Program-made: the position numbers and the translations under genes
IMG/VR virus record: IMGVR_UViG_3300042290_000544
Origin: a virus
DNA: 64,000 nucleotides
Reading direction: 5' to 3' (one strand)
The notes under the pieces: model-generated
Seen by the model: only the letters and a program-made list of their open reading frames with translations
What the model was told of the DNA's origin: nothing
Database searches by the model: none
Shown: piece after piece, positions 19,187-30,550 of the stretch
Position numbering within the stretch: the first letter of the stretch is position 1
Layout: each line of letters begins with the position of its first letter

Positions 19187-19771
19187 TTACTTAGTTTTAA
19201 TGAATGAGCCAGCTTCTACAGGTTTGAATATGTTCTTGATACCGCGTGTTTGAATGGCGCGAAAAACGAAATATGGCCACCAGATAATTTTTGGAATCTT
19301 GACGACCTTAATGTTGGAGTCGGTAATCACAGGAACCTCAGCGTCCCAGACTTTCAGCACAAGCGGTTCGCCGCTCACAGAGTTGGTGAGGTTGATTTTA
19401 CCGTTACGTGTTGGCGGGCGACCGATGTACCAATAGTTGTCGTATTGACCGAATTCAATATCGCAGTCGGAGCCCGATGTGACAAACGATACCTCATTAA
19501 TTGAGTAACCATTGACTGAACCCTTGATGGTGATGCCATTCTTGCGTGGAGCCAGGACGGTATTGTTGAACGTATAGTTTGAACCTCTTACGGCATCGAT
19601 GCAGTCTTCCTTGCCGCCTTCAATGGTGCAACCATCGACAACGACATTGGTGCAATTGGAGAATTTAAGGACATCGGAGGTTTGAGTCCAATCATCCGGC
19701 GCAATGACCCGATTGGAAATTACTGTTCCGTCCTCACCAGCGTAGGACTCTAGGTTTTTATCGGCGGCCAT
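19187..19771 (-). CDS. Parallel beta-helix (pectin lyase-like) protein
   Basis: CTNVVVDGCTIEGGKEDCID beta-helix pattern. Confidence 0.6.
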   Translation of the reverse strand: MAADKNLESYAGEDGTVISNRVIAPDDWTQTSDVLKFSNCTNVVVDGCTIEGGKEDCIDAVRGSNYTFNNTVLAPRKNGITIKGSVNGYSINEVSFVTSGSDCDIEFGQYDNYWYIGRPPTRNGKINLTNSVSGEPLVLKVWDAEVPVITDSNIKVVKIPKIIWWPYFVFRAIQTRGIKNIFKPVEAGSFIKTK

Positions 19772-19773
19772 GT

Positions 19774-20028
19774 TTAGAATGATACGGCGACCATACGGAT
19801 TGTTGCACTACCGAAGATGTTTTCGGCTGGTAGTTTTCTGACAAATGCCGTTTCATATGCGCGAAGGGTAAAGCTACCAGTAGTGACTACTGCAGCATCT
19901 TTTACAAGAACAGAAACGTCTGAAGCAGTATTGTTGTATACGCGGATCAGAGTCTTTCCGCTGAAATTGTTACCGCCCGTTCCTACTGCGGCTTCTTCGC
20001 CTAATACTTTGAGGATTGTTGAGACCAT
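19774..20028 (-). CDS. Small late (likely virion) protein
   Basis: Late promoter TATAAATA at 20058-20065 (minus); beta-rich. Confidence 0.6.
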   Translation of the reverse strand: MVSTILKVLGEEAAVGTGGNNFSGKTLIRVYNNTASDVSVLVKDAAVVTTGSFTLRAYETAFVRKLPAENIFGSATIRMVAVSF

Positions 20029-20091
20029 AGAATTAATTGTTTGAGGTTAAGTCTATCTATTTATAAACATCGGTCGGTTATAAATAGGGTT

Positions 20092-21051
20092 ATGCGTTTT
20101 GTCGTTTCATTATTATTTGTAATGAGTCTGACTGGTTGCACCATGCTCGGTGGGTTAAAGATGCCCAGTCTTGGCGGAGGTAAAACCGGAGACTCTGCCG
20201 GATCCGTAGCTGCTGCTCAAAACACTGCGGAAGCCGTCGACCGTATGGCAGAGATTAGTAAACGGAATGAGGAAGCACGCAAAGCAATGGAAATAGAGTA
20301 CGCTAAGTTCCGTGAACAATTGACGGCAGCCTACGCCAACCGTGAAAGGCTGGACAACGAAAATTTTGACCGCATCTCCGAGATCAACTATGGTATCTTT
20401 AAAGCCACAGAGGATGTTACCAAACTGGATGCTCGGGTACTGATTGCAAATTTAAAGTCAAAGGAAAACATGGCTCGTTTAATGCCGATTGGTGAAGCCA
20501 AGAAGAAAGAGATCATTGCCGAGCTTGAAGGCGACCGTAAAAAGCTCGAGGCTGAAATCGTAAAGAAGTACGAAGTTAGGATCAAGGAAGGCGAAGCCGC
20601 TGCTGCCGCCTACGAGGAAGCCGATAAACAGGTCAAACTCAAAGAGGCCGAGAAAGGTAAATTACGCGATCAGCAAGCAACCATCCTTGAAAAGCTAAGA
20701 GCCGATCAGGAAGCCGAAAGAGAAAAGCTCCGTAAAGAAGCAGCAGATGCTGTCGCCATTGCCAAAGAGAAACAACGCCTCGAGATGGTTGGCTGGATTG
20801 TAAAGGCTCTATTGGGTGTCGGAATTGTAATCCTAGTGATTGGCTTCCTCATGAAATCTCCAACCTTTATTGTGTCGGGCATTGCAATGCTCGGACTCGC
20901 CTACGTTGCGGCAACCATTCCATTCTGGGTCGTGGCAAGTATTATGGGTGTCTTTGTAATCGTGATGGTAATGATGGACCCAAAGACGGGCAAGATTTCA
21001 TTACCAGGCAAAAAGAAAGCGGAGTCAATTACGACTCCGCCTGCTCCTTAA
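20092..21051 (+). CDS. Late lipoprotein with coiled coil and C-terminal TM helices (spanin candidate)
   Basis: Lipobox LTGC, long E/K/A coiled coil, hydrophobic C-terminus; TATAAATA at 20079-20086. Confidence 0.6.
   Translation: MRFVVSLLFVMSLTGCTMLGGLKMPSLGGGKTGDSAGSVAAAQNTAEAVDRMAEISKRNEEARKAMEIEYAKFREQLTAAYANRERLDNENFDRISEINYGIFKATEDVTKLDARVLIANLKSKENMARLMPIGEAKKKEIIAELEGDRKKLEAEIVKKYEVRIKEGEAAAAAYEEADKQVKLKEAEKGKLRDQQATILEKLRADQEAEREKLRKEAADAVAIAKEKQRLEMVGWIVKALLGVGIVILVIGFLMKSPTFIVSGIAMLGLAYVAATIPFWVVASIMGVFVIVMVMMDPKTGKISLPGKKKAESITTPPAP
21010..21041 (-). terminator. Terminator for converging minus-strand early genes
   Basis: GCGGAGTC/GACTCCGC stem plus U-rich tail on the minus strand, inside the 3' end of the plus-strand gene. 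Confidence 0.6.
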
Positions 21052-21071
21052 TAGCCAGTAACGGCTGAGGG

Positions 21072-24000
21072 TCACTCCAGGTCGTCAAGAACGACTTTGG
21101 CTGGGTTTGTTCCTCCTACAATTACACAATTGCGGTATTGCTCCAATGCCTCCCGCAGCTTTACATTTTTTCCAATAAGATCATCGGCGTGCTGCGAGTG
21201 ATGATCCACCCAGTTTTGTGCAATGCGAAGTTCAGCCTCGGCTTTCTCGGCACGAATCAGAGCGGCGTCACGTTGCTTCATTAACTCGGCTACTTTCTCT
21301 TCCGCAGTAATGAGATTTTTACTATAGTTTGATGCGTACATAAATTTAAATAATATAAGGTCCACAATTCGCAAAATCATTAGGAGACATAACTTTTGGG
21401 TTAACTATATCTATAGCACCAAGAGAAAATACCCTATCATACGATTCGTTATGTATTTTCTTGCTATGTTCACGCACATAATCCCCCATCTCCATATGAT
21501 TCATTTCTGATTTAACAGCTACGGCTTTAAAACAATCTCCTTTGATAATGTATTGAAACATAAATTTTACCCTTCCTCCTCCCATTTGCCAACCGTTTTC
21601 AAGAATGCCTCTGCGCGTTGGGCGGCGGTGGCGTTTGCAACGTGACCCACTTCATTACTTGTTAAATCCCACCAATACTTTTCACGATTTTCTAAGACAA
21701 TACCGGAAAGATTTGCTGCAAATTGATTTACCTGTTCCGGCTCTAAGTGAGCCATAGCCTCGTGCATGGCGTTGAGGTCGTGGATGTAGTCGGGGATGAA
21801 CTGCGCGACAAGTTGCCCCAATTCGTGCGAGTCTTCGCTACATTTCCATCCACACGCTTCCGCGATGGCTATTCTTTGTTTTTCAGCTTTCATTTGTTAT
21901 CAACTAAAGCAGCAACAATCTTCTCTGCATTCTCTTGAATAGAAGGATAGCAAAGAGTATTAAACGAGTCACCGTGTTTTGCAATGAATTTATCCCAGTC
22001 TTTCTTTTCTTCGGGAGTTAAGGCCATGTTAACTGGACGAGCCGCTGATGCCTCGCGAATAATTTTAATAAGTTTTTCTTCCATAAGACGAGCCGCAGCA
22101 GTAATTGCAGACTTCTCTGGGTGAATTTGCTGACGAATAGAAGTGCATCCTTGTGTAATATGAATGAGCCAAAAGCCTTCGCGCAGACCATCATAAGCGT
22201 ATGGGTCATTTACAGGAACAAACTTCTTGCCTACCTTACGGTAAAGGCGCTGGTCTTCTTTAGCAGCTGCGCTTGCAGTTACCGGATCAATCTGGAACTT
22301 ATAGTTAAGCTGGAAACGAAGACGCTCGCATTCGTTCTTGTAATGTTCTAAATCTTTATTCTTTTTCATTTTATTTAAAAGTTATTTTTTTAGGTTTCAT
22401 AAAAATTGTTCCTCTATTGATATTTCCAAGAAGACAGTCGTAAGCATCAAATCGTCCTTCGTCTCGTCCTCGCTGAACATCATCTCGATGAAGATTGTTT
22501 TTATAAAGCATATTTAAAGCCCTTAAATGCTTCAACCATTTTACTAATTTCTTCTGATCAATCTTATAGTATGTGTCATTGGGGTCAACTACTTCGTCTT
22601 CCCAAGTTTTTACATATGTTTTCATTTTAAATCTTTTTCAATTTCAAAGGTGAATGGCTTAACCGGTTTCCCACCATCAAATCGTTTAATAAAAGTTTGC
22701 GCCTTTTTAGGCAGTGTGTATGTGTCCCATGAACATCCATTGCGATGAAGTATTCGTGTCGCGCCGATATTTAACCCAGTATGAGATGTTGGTTTAACTT
22801 CCCGTTTAACCGCATGAGCTATAGGGCAATCATAACAACTCCCTCTATATCCTTCTTCAATATCCTTAAGAGTAACTTTAATTTTCATTATGATACAATC
22901 ATACACCAAACCATGCAAAAGTAAATCAAATTGATCGTCCTAAACTATTCATGTCCAACATCAATCTTATTAAGTAAAAATTGGCATTTTCGAGGGGTCA
23001 TAATCATTCGGACCCTTAATGTAAGGTTCGTGCAGAGGAGTTATAACAGGTGTGCTGTATGTAATTACAGATATCTTACCGAGTTCTTCTCTTAAAATAT
23101 CGGTTTCCTTCGTGCAAAGGTATTCTTTGCCAGCAATAAAACCGCGGAGCCAATAAATGAATTGTTCTTGTGACATCATTTTAAGTTACCTCCGTAATAG
23201 TCGAATACTTCCTCCATGGCATTTAAAGCTACAATAAGTTCGGCCAATTCACGTTTTTGGTAATCTTGGAGTTTCCTTGTTTTCTTAAGGACGGTAATGT
23301 CTTCGCGAAGGTATTCAATCGTTTGTTTTACGGAAGCACGGACAATACCGTCGGCTGTTTCTGGGTCAATTTCTACATTCATATTTTTAATTTTCATATT
23401 AATTCCAAGTTCTGTGTTTTTCAGCAATCCATTCGTCCCCGTCGTATTCTTGAATCTGCCATTGGACATCATCGGGAATCTTTACAACTTTAAGTTCAGC
23501 AAATTCACCGTTGGCAGCTTCACCAAGTTGTTCCACAATTTCTACTAGAATAGGATTGTTGCGCTTGATGTCATCTTCATTGGTAATAATCGCACCGGCA
23601 CGTTCATTAAAAAGAGCAAGAGCAGTCTTAGAAAGCCCAAAGGCACCGTGGCAATCATTAATTACAATTTTCATTTTTTATTGAGTACAACTGAACAGCT
23701 GATTTTATCGCGAGTGCAGCCGCGCACGGAAACTGTTCGCCTTTCTTAAAAGAAAGTTTGTTAAGTTTAAATGGTTTTAGAACTATATCTCCGTTCCAAT
23801 ACGTAGGTTCGACGGAGATGTAACCCAGCTCACAAAGCCTATTGCGCAACTTTGTAAATTCTGGATGATCCTTGCACGCATACGAATCTCCTTTTAAAAT
23901 AATTTTGCCAACAAGATCGCTCAGAACCAGGTACTTCTCATCGGGTACCGAACTCAGGTATTCTTTCTTGAGTCTAAATTGTTTAATTGGTTTCTTCATT

Positions 24001-25475
24001 TTTAGGAATCTCCGAGTAAGGAATATAGTTTTGCGTCGTTACATTGGTCTTTGCGAATTGTTTGTTCAGCGTCTTTAACCATCCACCAGACGAATGCAGT
24101 TCACCAAGTTGACCCGTCGCTTCACAAGTTCTACCAGAAGCAGTTTCAGCAAAGTGAATGATACCCTCAATGTAATTATAAAACCGTTCATTAGCCTTTT
24201 CGATAGCAGGATACTTTTCAGTTTCTACTAGAGAGGTATTTTTTTCGTCAAGCTCAAACCTGTAATAAAACCGAAGTGTGCCGAACTTCTCTTTAACTTG
24301 CGTTGCGATCACTTGAGGTGGCCCTACTTTAAAGTAGTAGATAGCTTCTCCGTCCTTCTTGTTAATATACGGTGTGATACCAAGACGCTCACCATCTTCT
24401 TTATCCACCGGTACGCTGGTAGTATAAGTGTGGGTAAGAGCTTCGCAAAGAATATCAATAAGATCGTACCAACCATCACCTACCTCAAGACCCCAGAACA
24501 TACAGCTCTCGGTCTTTGGCTTGGTACGGTCGCCGAAAATCTTTGGATACTTCTCAAATAGTTTTTGTTCTAGTTCTGTTTTCATTCGAATAATGTGGTG
24601 GCATTTAAAAATTTAGCAAGAGGTTTAATCCAAAATGGAAGAGCCAGTATAAAAAGCCAGATCATTTGAATAACGATAATATCTGTAAACCTATAGATGA
24701 ATCCGTTATAGAGACCTACACAAAGGTACACGAACGTAACCCAAACGGCGTAATGGACTAAAGAGCGTTGAAATAGTTTCATAAAATTATTCTTTTGTCA
24801 TCCAGCGATAAAATGGAGTTAGGACTACCTTTAAAAATATGAAGCCCCATGGAATAGGACCACAAATGATAAAGAATACGAGTCTCTGAGGAAACCGATT
24901 TACCGAATCGTGTAGAACGATAAATGCCAGAGTTCCAAGCCCCAACCAATACATAAGTACCGCATTAATAAATTCAGGCATTGTCATAAAGTTATTCTTC
25001 GACCTGATGAAGAGCATTTCCTGCTTCGGTGCGAATAGCTTGGGCAAGTTCTTCTACCGTTTTAAAACGATCGGTACCGTGCTTCAATATATTGCGACAC
25101 ACGGAATCAATTTCATACAATGACGCCCAAGCTTGATTGCAATGAACGGCTCGCATATGTTCGTAATTATCATCGGGTAGGTTAAATTCCAGTATTGCTT
25201 TCATAAAGTTATTCCAGTTCGATCATCCAATGTGAATTGTTGTAAATGTAGTCCCATACGATGGTATCTTCTGGTTCTTTACCCGAGAATCCCATGGACT
25301 CAATGAAACCATCAACAAGTTTATCTTGCTCCGCGTGATGAGCAGCAATTACCTTGCGGATCTTTGCGATTTCCTTCTGCTGCTTTTTAGTGAATTTGAC
25401 TTTTAGTTTATGGTCCATTGCTGAAACGGAATACATTTGGTCGATTGCTTTTTGCTGGTTTTTAGTGGTTTTCAT
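21072..25475 (-). other. Run of about 14 small co-oriented hypothetical early ORFs
   Basis: Abutting minus-strand ORFs, e.g. 21567-21893, 21890-22369, 22371-22625, 23399-23674, 23658-23999, 23983-24585, 24582-24782, 24992-25204, 25209-25475. Confidence 0.7.
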
Positions 25476-25517
25476 AATACAATCATATACTGAAAGTGCT
25501 GAAAGTAAACAACAAAG

Positions 25518-25883
25518 TTACTTCTTGGAGTTTTCAATGTATTGAATGATGTTTTGCTTACCAATAATGTTCATCGAATGAACCTCATAGTCGGGAAACT
25601 CAACGCCTTTTTCATGGCAGTAGTTCACTAGCCATTTAGCGCAGTCGTATCCAGTTTTCTCCTTATAGGAGTCATACGTCGGTTCGGTACCAGCAATGCC
25701 AGCGGCATAGTGTTCCTGTCCCAGGTCGTGATCAAAGGTCACGAATGAAGGTATACCAAGCCGTTCAATACATTCAACGAATTTTTTATAGCTTCGCACC
25801 GTGGTATAAGGTCCCAGGGGTAATTGTACCCATTTTACCTGAGAGGGAAGGCGTTCGTCATCCAGAAATAGTTTGTAGCTCAT
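25518..25883 (-). CDS. Cyclic-phosphate-processing receiver-like domain protein
   Basis: LFLDDER, FDHDLG, TGYDCAKWL and VHSMN..G motifs. Confidence 0.75.
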   Translation of the reverse strand: MSYKLFLDDERLPSQVKWVQLPLGPYTTVRSYKKFVECIERLGIPSFVTFDHDLGQEHYAAGIAGTEPTYDSYKEKTGYDCAKWLVNYCHEKGVEFPDYEVHSMNIIGKQNIIQYIENSKK

Positions 25884-25887
25884 ATAG

Positions 25888-26439
25888 TTATGTTGTGTGT
25901 GGACCGTGATGGTCAACGGGCTTATAAGTTTTAGTCTTCATCTTATCCCGAAGCTGCTCCATAGATACTGGAAAGTAGTTCCAGCAATCTACACCAACAT
26001 CACAGCTAAGAGTGGTAGGATCATCCGGAAGAGTGCCGTGCGAGTGTCCGTAAAGTTGCCAGTGCCCTTTGTGGCTGCCGTTCCATACCTTCATGGCATA
26101 GTGACAGAGAATGATTTCTTGTTTGTCAACTGTTACTTCTCGAAGATGTGGTATATCAAACTCCCATCCAGAATCTAGGTAGCTCCGCATGAGCCGTTTA
26201 TCATGGTTGCCCAAGCAGAATTGAATTTTACCATTTAAACGCCGGAGATAGGGAGCGGCAGGACCGCCACCCACCGCAAAATCACCGAGATGGTACACGG
26301 TATCTTCTGGACGAACAATAGCGTTCCAATTATGAATGAGTGTATTGTCCATCTCTTCTACCGAGGCAAAAGGACGTTTACAGTATTTAATGATGTTTGC
26401 GTGCCCAAAATGGGTATCGCTTGTGAAGAATGTGTTCAT
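25888..26439 (-). CDS. Calcineurin-like metallophosphoesterase
   Basis: SDTHFGH, LGDF, GNHD, CHY and GHSH motifs. Confidence 0.9.
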   Translation of the reverse strand: MNTFFTSDTHFGHANIIKYCKRPFASVEEMDNTLIHNWNAIVRPEDTVYHLGDFAVGGGPAAPYLRRLNGKIQFCLGNHDKRLMRSYLDSGWEFDIPHLREVTVDKQEIILCHYAMKVWNGSHKGHWQLYGHSHGTLPDDPTTLSCDVGVDCWNYFPVSMEQLRDKMKTKTYKPVDHHGPHTT

Positions 26440-26441
26440 AG

Positions 26442-27002
26442 TTAAAATACAATTCGGCGAGCCTCAGCAAGAATCTCATTGAGTCTCTTACCGTCCATTG
26501 CTCGACAGCTGCTGATTTTGTTGGGACGAAACTCGTTTCCAGAATCGCTTTCCTCGGTGATTTCCATTAGGGTAATGAACTCTTTCCAGAGACGCTCCGT
26601 TATCTGGGCGCATTGTTCGGCTATGTCGGCACAAGCCGATTTATCTGCAGCAAACCGTGCCCAAGTTAAAGCTGAGGATTGCATATGTTTTAGATCAGCC
26701 TCGGCACGTTCGGCGCGGGCTACCTGTAAGCTGATGTGCTTTCCTGCGTCCCGGTAGTCGTCTTTATACCGCTCCACCTCGGCGCGAAGGCGGGAATTTT
26801 CTTCAAGCACAAACCTTAGCCTTTCGGCTCCCGTTGCATTTACGCTAAGTAGCTCCTCGCACTCCGCTTTCGCGGCGGTGAGTTCGCGTTCAAGCGTGCG
26901 ACATAGAGCGGTATGCGCTTGGTCCTGCCTGTTGCCCCACTCGCATCCATTGAGCATGGCATCCGTGCGTGGCGTGTCGGTGGGTTGGTCGGGTGGGTTC
27001 AT
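26442..27002 (-). CDS. Hypothetical coiled-coil protein (GC-rich)
   Basis: MNPPDQPTDTPRTDA start. Confidence 0.6.
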   Translation of the reverse strand: MNPPDQPTDTPRTDAMLNGCEWGNRQDQAHTALCRTLERELTAAKAECEELLSVNATGAERLRFVLEENSRLRAEVERYKDDYRDAGKHISLQVARAERAEADLKHMQSSALTWARFAADKSACADIAEQCAQITERLWKEFITLMEITEESDSGNEFRPNKISSCRAMDGKRLNEILAEARRIVF

Positions 27003-27385
27003 TTGATTTCCTCCGTCGCGGCAAGGGCGGCAAGAAACGCCTGCTCATGTTTTGCGAAAACCGCTACCGAGTCGGGCGAGAGCTTGTCTCCCCAAACCAT
27101 TTGCCAAGATCGCGCGATCATAAGGGATTCGACGCCGTGCTCCCTTAGCACGCGCACCCGCTCGCGCTCGGCGGTGAGGGCGGCAAGCGCGGCAGTCCCT
27201 TCGTCATGGTAAAGCGTCTCGCTCGCCTTGGTGTAGTTGAGTTCACTGCGTAGTTGAGCCACCGCCCACGCCTCGGAGTCGGCGATGAGTTGGGCGGCTG
27301 CGGTCAGGTCGCGGTTGTGAACCATGCGGAAAACATCGGCGGCAAGTTGCTTGTGTGTCTCGCTCGGTTGATCGGGTGGGTTCAT
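26999..27385 (-). CDS. Hypothetical protein (GC-rich)
   Basis: MNPPDQPSE start, same N-terminus as the neighbour. Confidence 0.6.
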   Translation of the reverse strand: MNPPDQPSETHKQLAADVFRMVHNRDLTAAAQLIADSEAWAVAQLRSELNYTKASETLYHDEGTAALAALTAERERVRVLREHGVESLMIARSWQMVWGDKLSPDSVAVFAKHEQAFLAALAATEEIK

Positions 27386-27646
27386 ATTAGTTTGGATTGG
27401 TTTTAGAGTATTCCTTGGCCAACTCATTGGCTCTAGCCAATTCTCTTTCAAGAAATTCTTCAAAGAGGCCATGGTTCGTAATTTCTACGCCTGGTATTGA
27501 AAAGCGATACTTGAAAGATTTGATAGTGCCTTCAAGCACGCCGCATTTGTAAGCCAGATCGATGTTATTCATTATGATACAATCCTACAACATTCCATCA
27601 AAAAGTAAACCACAAAGATGTGGTCTAAGTGATTGATAGTCAACAC

Positions 27647-28738
27647 TCACTCATAATTTCTGATAGAAGTGACGTATGGAAACCGTGGAATACCGTATGG
27701 GCTGAGGTGGAAGAACTGGCACGTGGCTTTCTCACCGATGTATCGATCCTTGTTCTGGAATAGATCGGCAAGGAATTCGTGAGAACCCTTGATGTTGGAA
27801 TTGAAGTTCTCACCCTTATCATTTTTGAGTACCATGAATCCAGCCATGCCCGTGCGGTTACCCGTACCCTCACCGATTTCAAGGATTTCATATTCGGCGT
27901 CCTGGAATTCTTTGCGCTTCAGCAGAGTCTTTGACCGTTTGCGTTCATAGAGACCATCCGTGCGAACCATCTGACCCTCATAACCGTCGCTCATATAGCT
28001 TTCATATTCGGTATCAAGGTCCTTTTTGTCGAAGGCGACCGAAGTTTCCACGAGGACAATGGTATCGTCTTCCGGAAGGTTTCCGCAAAGCCACTTACGA
28101 CGGTCGCTAAATGTCTTATCGGTATCAATGACATCATAGACCCAATACTGAATCACATTGGCAGATTCATCTAGATCAGCCTGAGTCGGCTTGGTCTTAC
28201 GGACCAGCGATACAATCTTATTGAAATCATTATTTAACTTGTCGCAGTAAAGCTCACCGTCCAAAACGGCATCGGGAAACTCTTGAAAGAAGGACTCCAG
28301 AGCCTTAAGGACATGCGGAGCCGATTTAAAAATCTTGCCCTGACGACTAAACATCGTCGTAGAAGTGCAGAGGCAACGAATGCCATCTAGCTTGGGCTGT
28401 GAAAAGACGGGGTATTTAAGGTCGTCTTCACGGTCCTCAAACTTCTGCGCCAGCATACAGTCGATCATCGTGGGCTTGTCGATGTTTTTAATGTCGAGAT
28501 GGTAACCTGTTTCCTCACGTTTACGGAAGATTGCATCGGCCTCAAAGCGCGCCTGCATTTCCGCATTACGTTCATTTGCGCGGCCGACATTGGTGGGCTG
28601 GGCATAGTACCATTCGGTCGTGGTTTTCTTACCATCGACCTGACCATAGATGGTGCGGTAACGACCGCCGTCAATTTCGATGGTCCAGGTCTGCGTGGCA
28701 CCCGTAGAAGTGCGTGAATAAAGTGTTGGAAGTTTCAT
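27647..28738 (-). CDS. ATP-dependent DNA ligase
   Basis: QPKLDGIRC, LDGELY, GYEGQM, KRS..LLKRK and PRFP motifs. Confidence 0.92.
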   Translation of the reverse strand: MKLPTLYSRTSTGATQTWTIEIDGGRYRTIYGQVDGKKTTTEWYYAQPTNVGRANERNAEMQARFEADAIFRKREETGYHLDIKNIDKPTMIDCMLAQKFEDREDDLKYPVFSQPKLDGIRCLCTSTTMFSRQGKIFKSAPHVLKALESFFQEFPDAVLDGELYCDKLNNDFNKIVSLVRKTKPTQADLDESANVIQYWVYDVIDTDKTFSDRRKWLCGNLPEDDTIVLVETSVAFDKKDLDTEYESYMSDGYEGQMVRTDGLYERKRSKTLLKRKEFQDAEYEILEIGEGTGNRTGMAGFMVLKNDKGENFNSNIKGSHEFLADLFQNKDRYIGEKATCQFFHLSPYGIPRFPYVTSIRNYE

Positions 28739-28745
28739 GTTAAAA

Positions 28746-29105
28746 TTAAGCCGCGTAGGCATTCTGCAATTTATAGGGCGACTTGGTTGGCTCCTTGACG
28801 GAACCATACCACTCAACTTGCTGTTTCTCCTCGTGAGTCAGTTCGCCCACGGGAAGAAGGTACCAGTCAATGACGTACTCCTGCCACGAGTCATCGTTGC
28901 GGGTTACCGCAATACGAAGCTCTTCCACAAAGGAACTGACCTTTGACCGATCCTGGACCTCGGTGAGGTCTAGAGCAATCGGATGGCGGTACTCATAACC
29001 ACCCTTGGCTTTCCAGTACTGCGGGCACTGGCCTTTGCCGTCCCAGTCATGGGCTCCGTAGTTCTCGTGAACCTGAGTGGAAACGACAATGTTAAATTTG
29101 ATCAT
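28746..29105 (-). CDS. Conserved hypothetical early protein
   Basis: TQ..ENYGAHDWDG.G.CPQYWK.KGG motif; behind a promoter cassette. Confidence 0.7.
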   Translation of the reverse strand: MIKFNIVVSTQVHENYGAHDWDGKGQCPQYWKAKGGYEYRHPIALDLTEVQDRSKVSSFVEELRIAVTRNDDSWQEYVIDWYLLPVGELTHEEKQQVEWYGSVKEPTKSPYKLQNAYAA

Positions 29106-29210
29106 GCATACATCCTACATCAATCCATCAAAAAGTAAACCACAAAGATATGGTCTAAGTTGTTGATAGTCAATATGAGCAATATTAATATGCCCAAAAA
29201 ACCAAGAGTA

Positions 29211-29966
29211 TCAGAAAATCTTCTCTAACTTGTTGATTATGTTGGCCCTCTTGTCGCGGGCGTGTTTTTCACCAGGATCAAAGTTACCCCACTTCTGTTT
29301 TACATTGATTTCAGCTAGGCGAGTGCGTTGGACATCATACTTCTTTCCCACCCGAGCTATGGGTCCGAGGTGTTTGCAATGAAGCAACCAGCACGTTGGT
29401 ACCGTGAACTTATGGTTCTTATTGTCTATCAGATACCGTTCACCCAACTTAGAGGTCACGTGGCACTGGTGAGCGCCAGGAGCAAACTCCAACTTGGTGA
29501 TTCGCTTTGGCGCAAACAGAATCGGCTTGGAGTACCATCTGTCATCTCTGGCTCCATGGACCACCTCATCATAAATCTGACCCGAGCCCGTGGGAAAGTT
29601 TTCCGAATACATTTCGTAGCCATAGGGCTGTACGATATGAACATTGTTGCGGTCGTATTCCTCCAATGTCTTGGTAACACCATTCGGAAAGTAGATCAGT
29701 TCATCGGCATCCGCAGTAATGACCCAATCGGCGTCGGTTCCAATCCATGCTGTGCTTTTGAGTTCACGGCTTAGATCGTCATTGAGCACGCCGCCCGTAT
29801 CCCAATCACGTACCTCTGCACCATACTCCTTACAGATTTCTCTCGTTCTATCCGTGCTAAAGGAGTCATGAACTATGATTCGAGTCGCAAATTGGGAGTA
29901 ATGCCTTAACGTGTAGGGCAGAATATCCTCCTCATTGTAGGTAAGGATATGAACCTGAATCTTCAT
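29211..29966 (-). CDS. Glycosyltransferase family 2-like
   Basis: YNEE..LP...HY, D..STD.T and DADE motifs. Confidence 0.85.
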   Translation of the reverse strand: MKIQVHILTYNEEDILPYTLRHYSQFATRIIVHDSFSTDRTREICKEYGAEVRDWDTGGVLNDDLSRELKSTAWIGTDADWVITADADELIYFPNGVTKTLEEYDRNNVHIVQPYGYEMYSENFPTGSGQIYDEVVHGARDDRWYSKPILFAPKRITKLEFAPGAHQCHVTSKLGERYLIDNKNHKFTVPTCWLLHCKHLGPIARVGKKYDVQRTRLAEINVKQKWGNFDPGEKHARDKRANIINKLEKIF

Positions 29967-30550
29967 TCTTTAATCTTCTTGAGGGCGACCTGGTAACCAC
30001 GACCCGGAAGAAGTTCCATTTCCTTGGCATAGCAATTGATGAAAGCATCAACAGCCATCTTGGGGCGGTCAATCTCCTTTGGCAATGCTGTCCATTGATA
30101 GTCGTCAAAGATCATGATACCGCCGACCTTGAGCAGCTCAAAACCAATGACGGCATCACGGAGACAACCACGCGCCGAATGGTCGGCATCGACATAAAGG
30201 AAGTCAAAGGTACCGGAACCCACACTCGTCACAGATAGCATCTGTTTGTGGGACATGTTCTCGATGAATGCCTTATTGGTGAAACGGGCTAAACGTTCCT
30301 CTGCAATCTCATAGTTCCTCGATACATCAATTCCATGGAGATGATGTTCGTCACTACCTTTAAAGGTATCGACGCAATACAGAAAAGAATCTTTATGGGT
30401 GCAGATGTTATCCAAAAACCATTCGGCAGAAGAACCCTGGAAGGTTCCAAGCTCCATGCCTTTACACGGTGTGTCCTTGAGATGGCCGAGCCATTCAATC
30501 CAGCGCGGTCCTCTTACAGTTCCTGTTTCCGATTTTGCAATGTGTTCCAT
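29963..30550 (-). CDS. SAM-dependent methyltransferase (Methyltransf_24-like)
   Basis: ELGTFQG.S, FDFLYVDADH and LK.GGIMIFDDY motifs. Confidence 0.88.
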   Translation of the reverse strand: MEHIAKSETGTVRGPRWIEWLGHLKDTPCKGMELGTFQGSSAEWFLDNICTHKDSFLYCVDTFKGSDEHHLHGIDVSRNYEIAEERLARFTNKAFIENMSHKQMLSVTSVGSGTFDFLYVDADHSARGCLRDAVIGFELLKVGGIMIFDDYQWTALPKEIDRPKMAVDAFINCYAKEMELLPGRGYQVALKKIKE

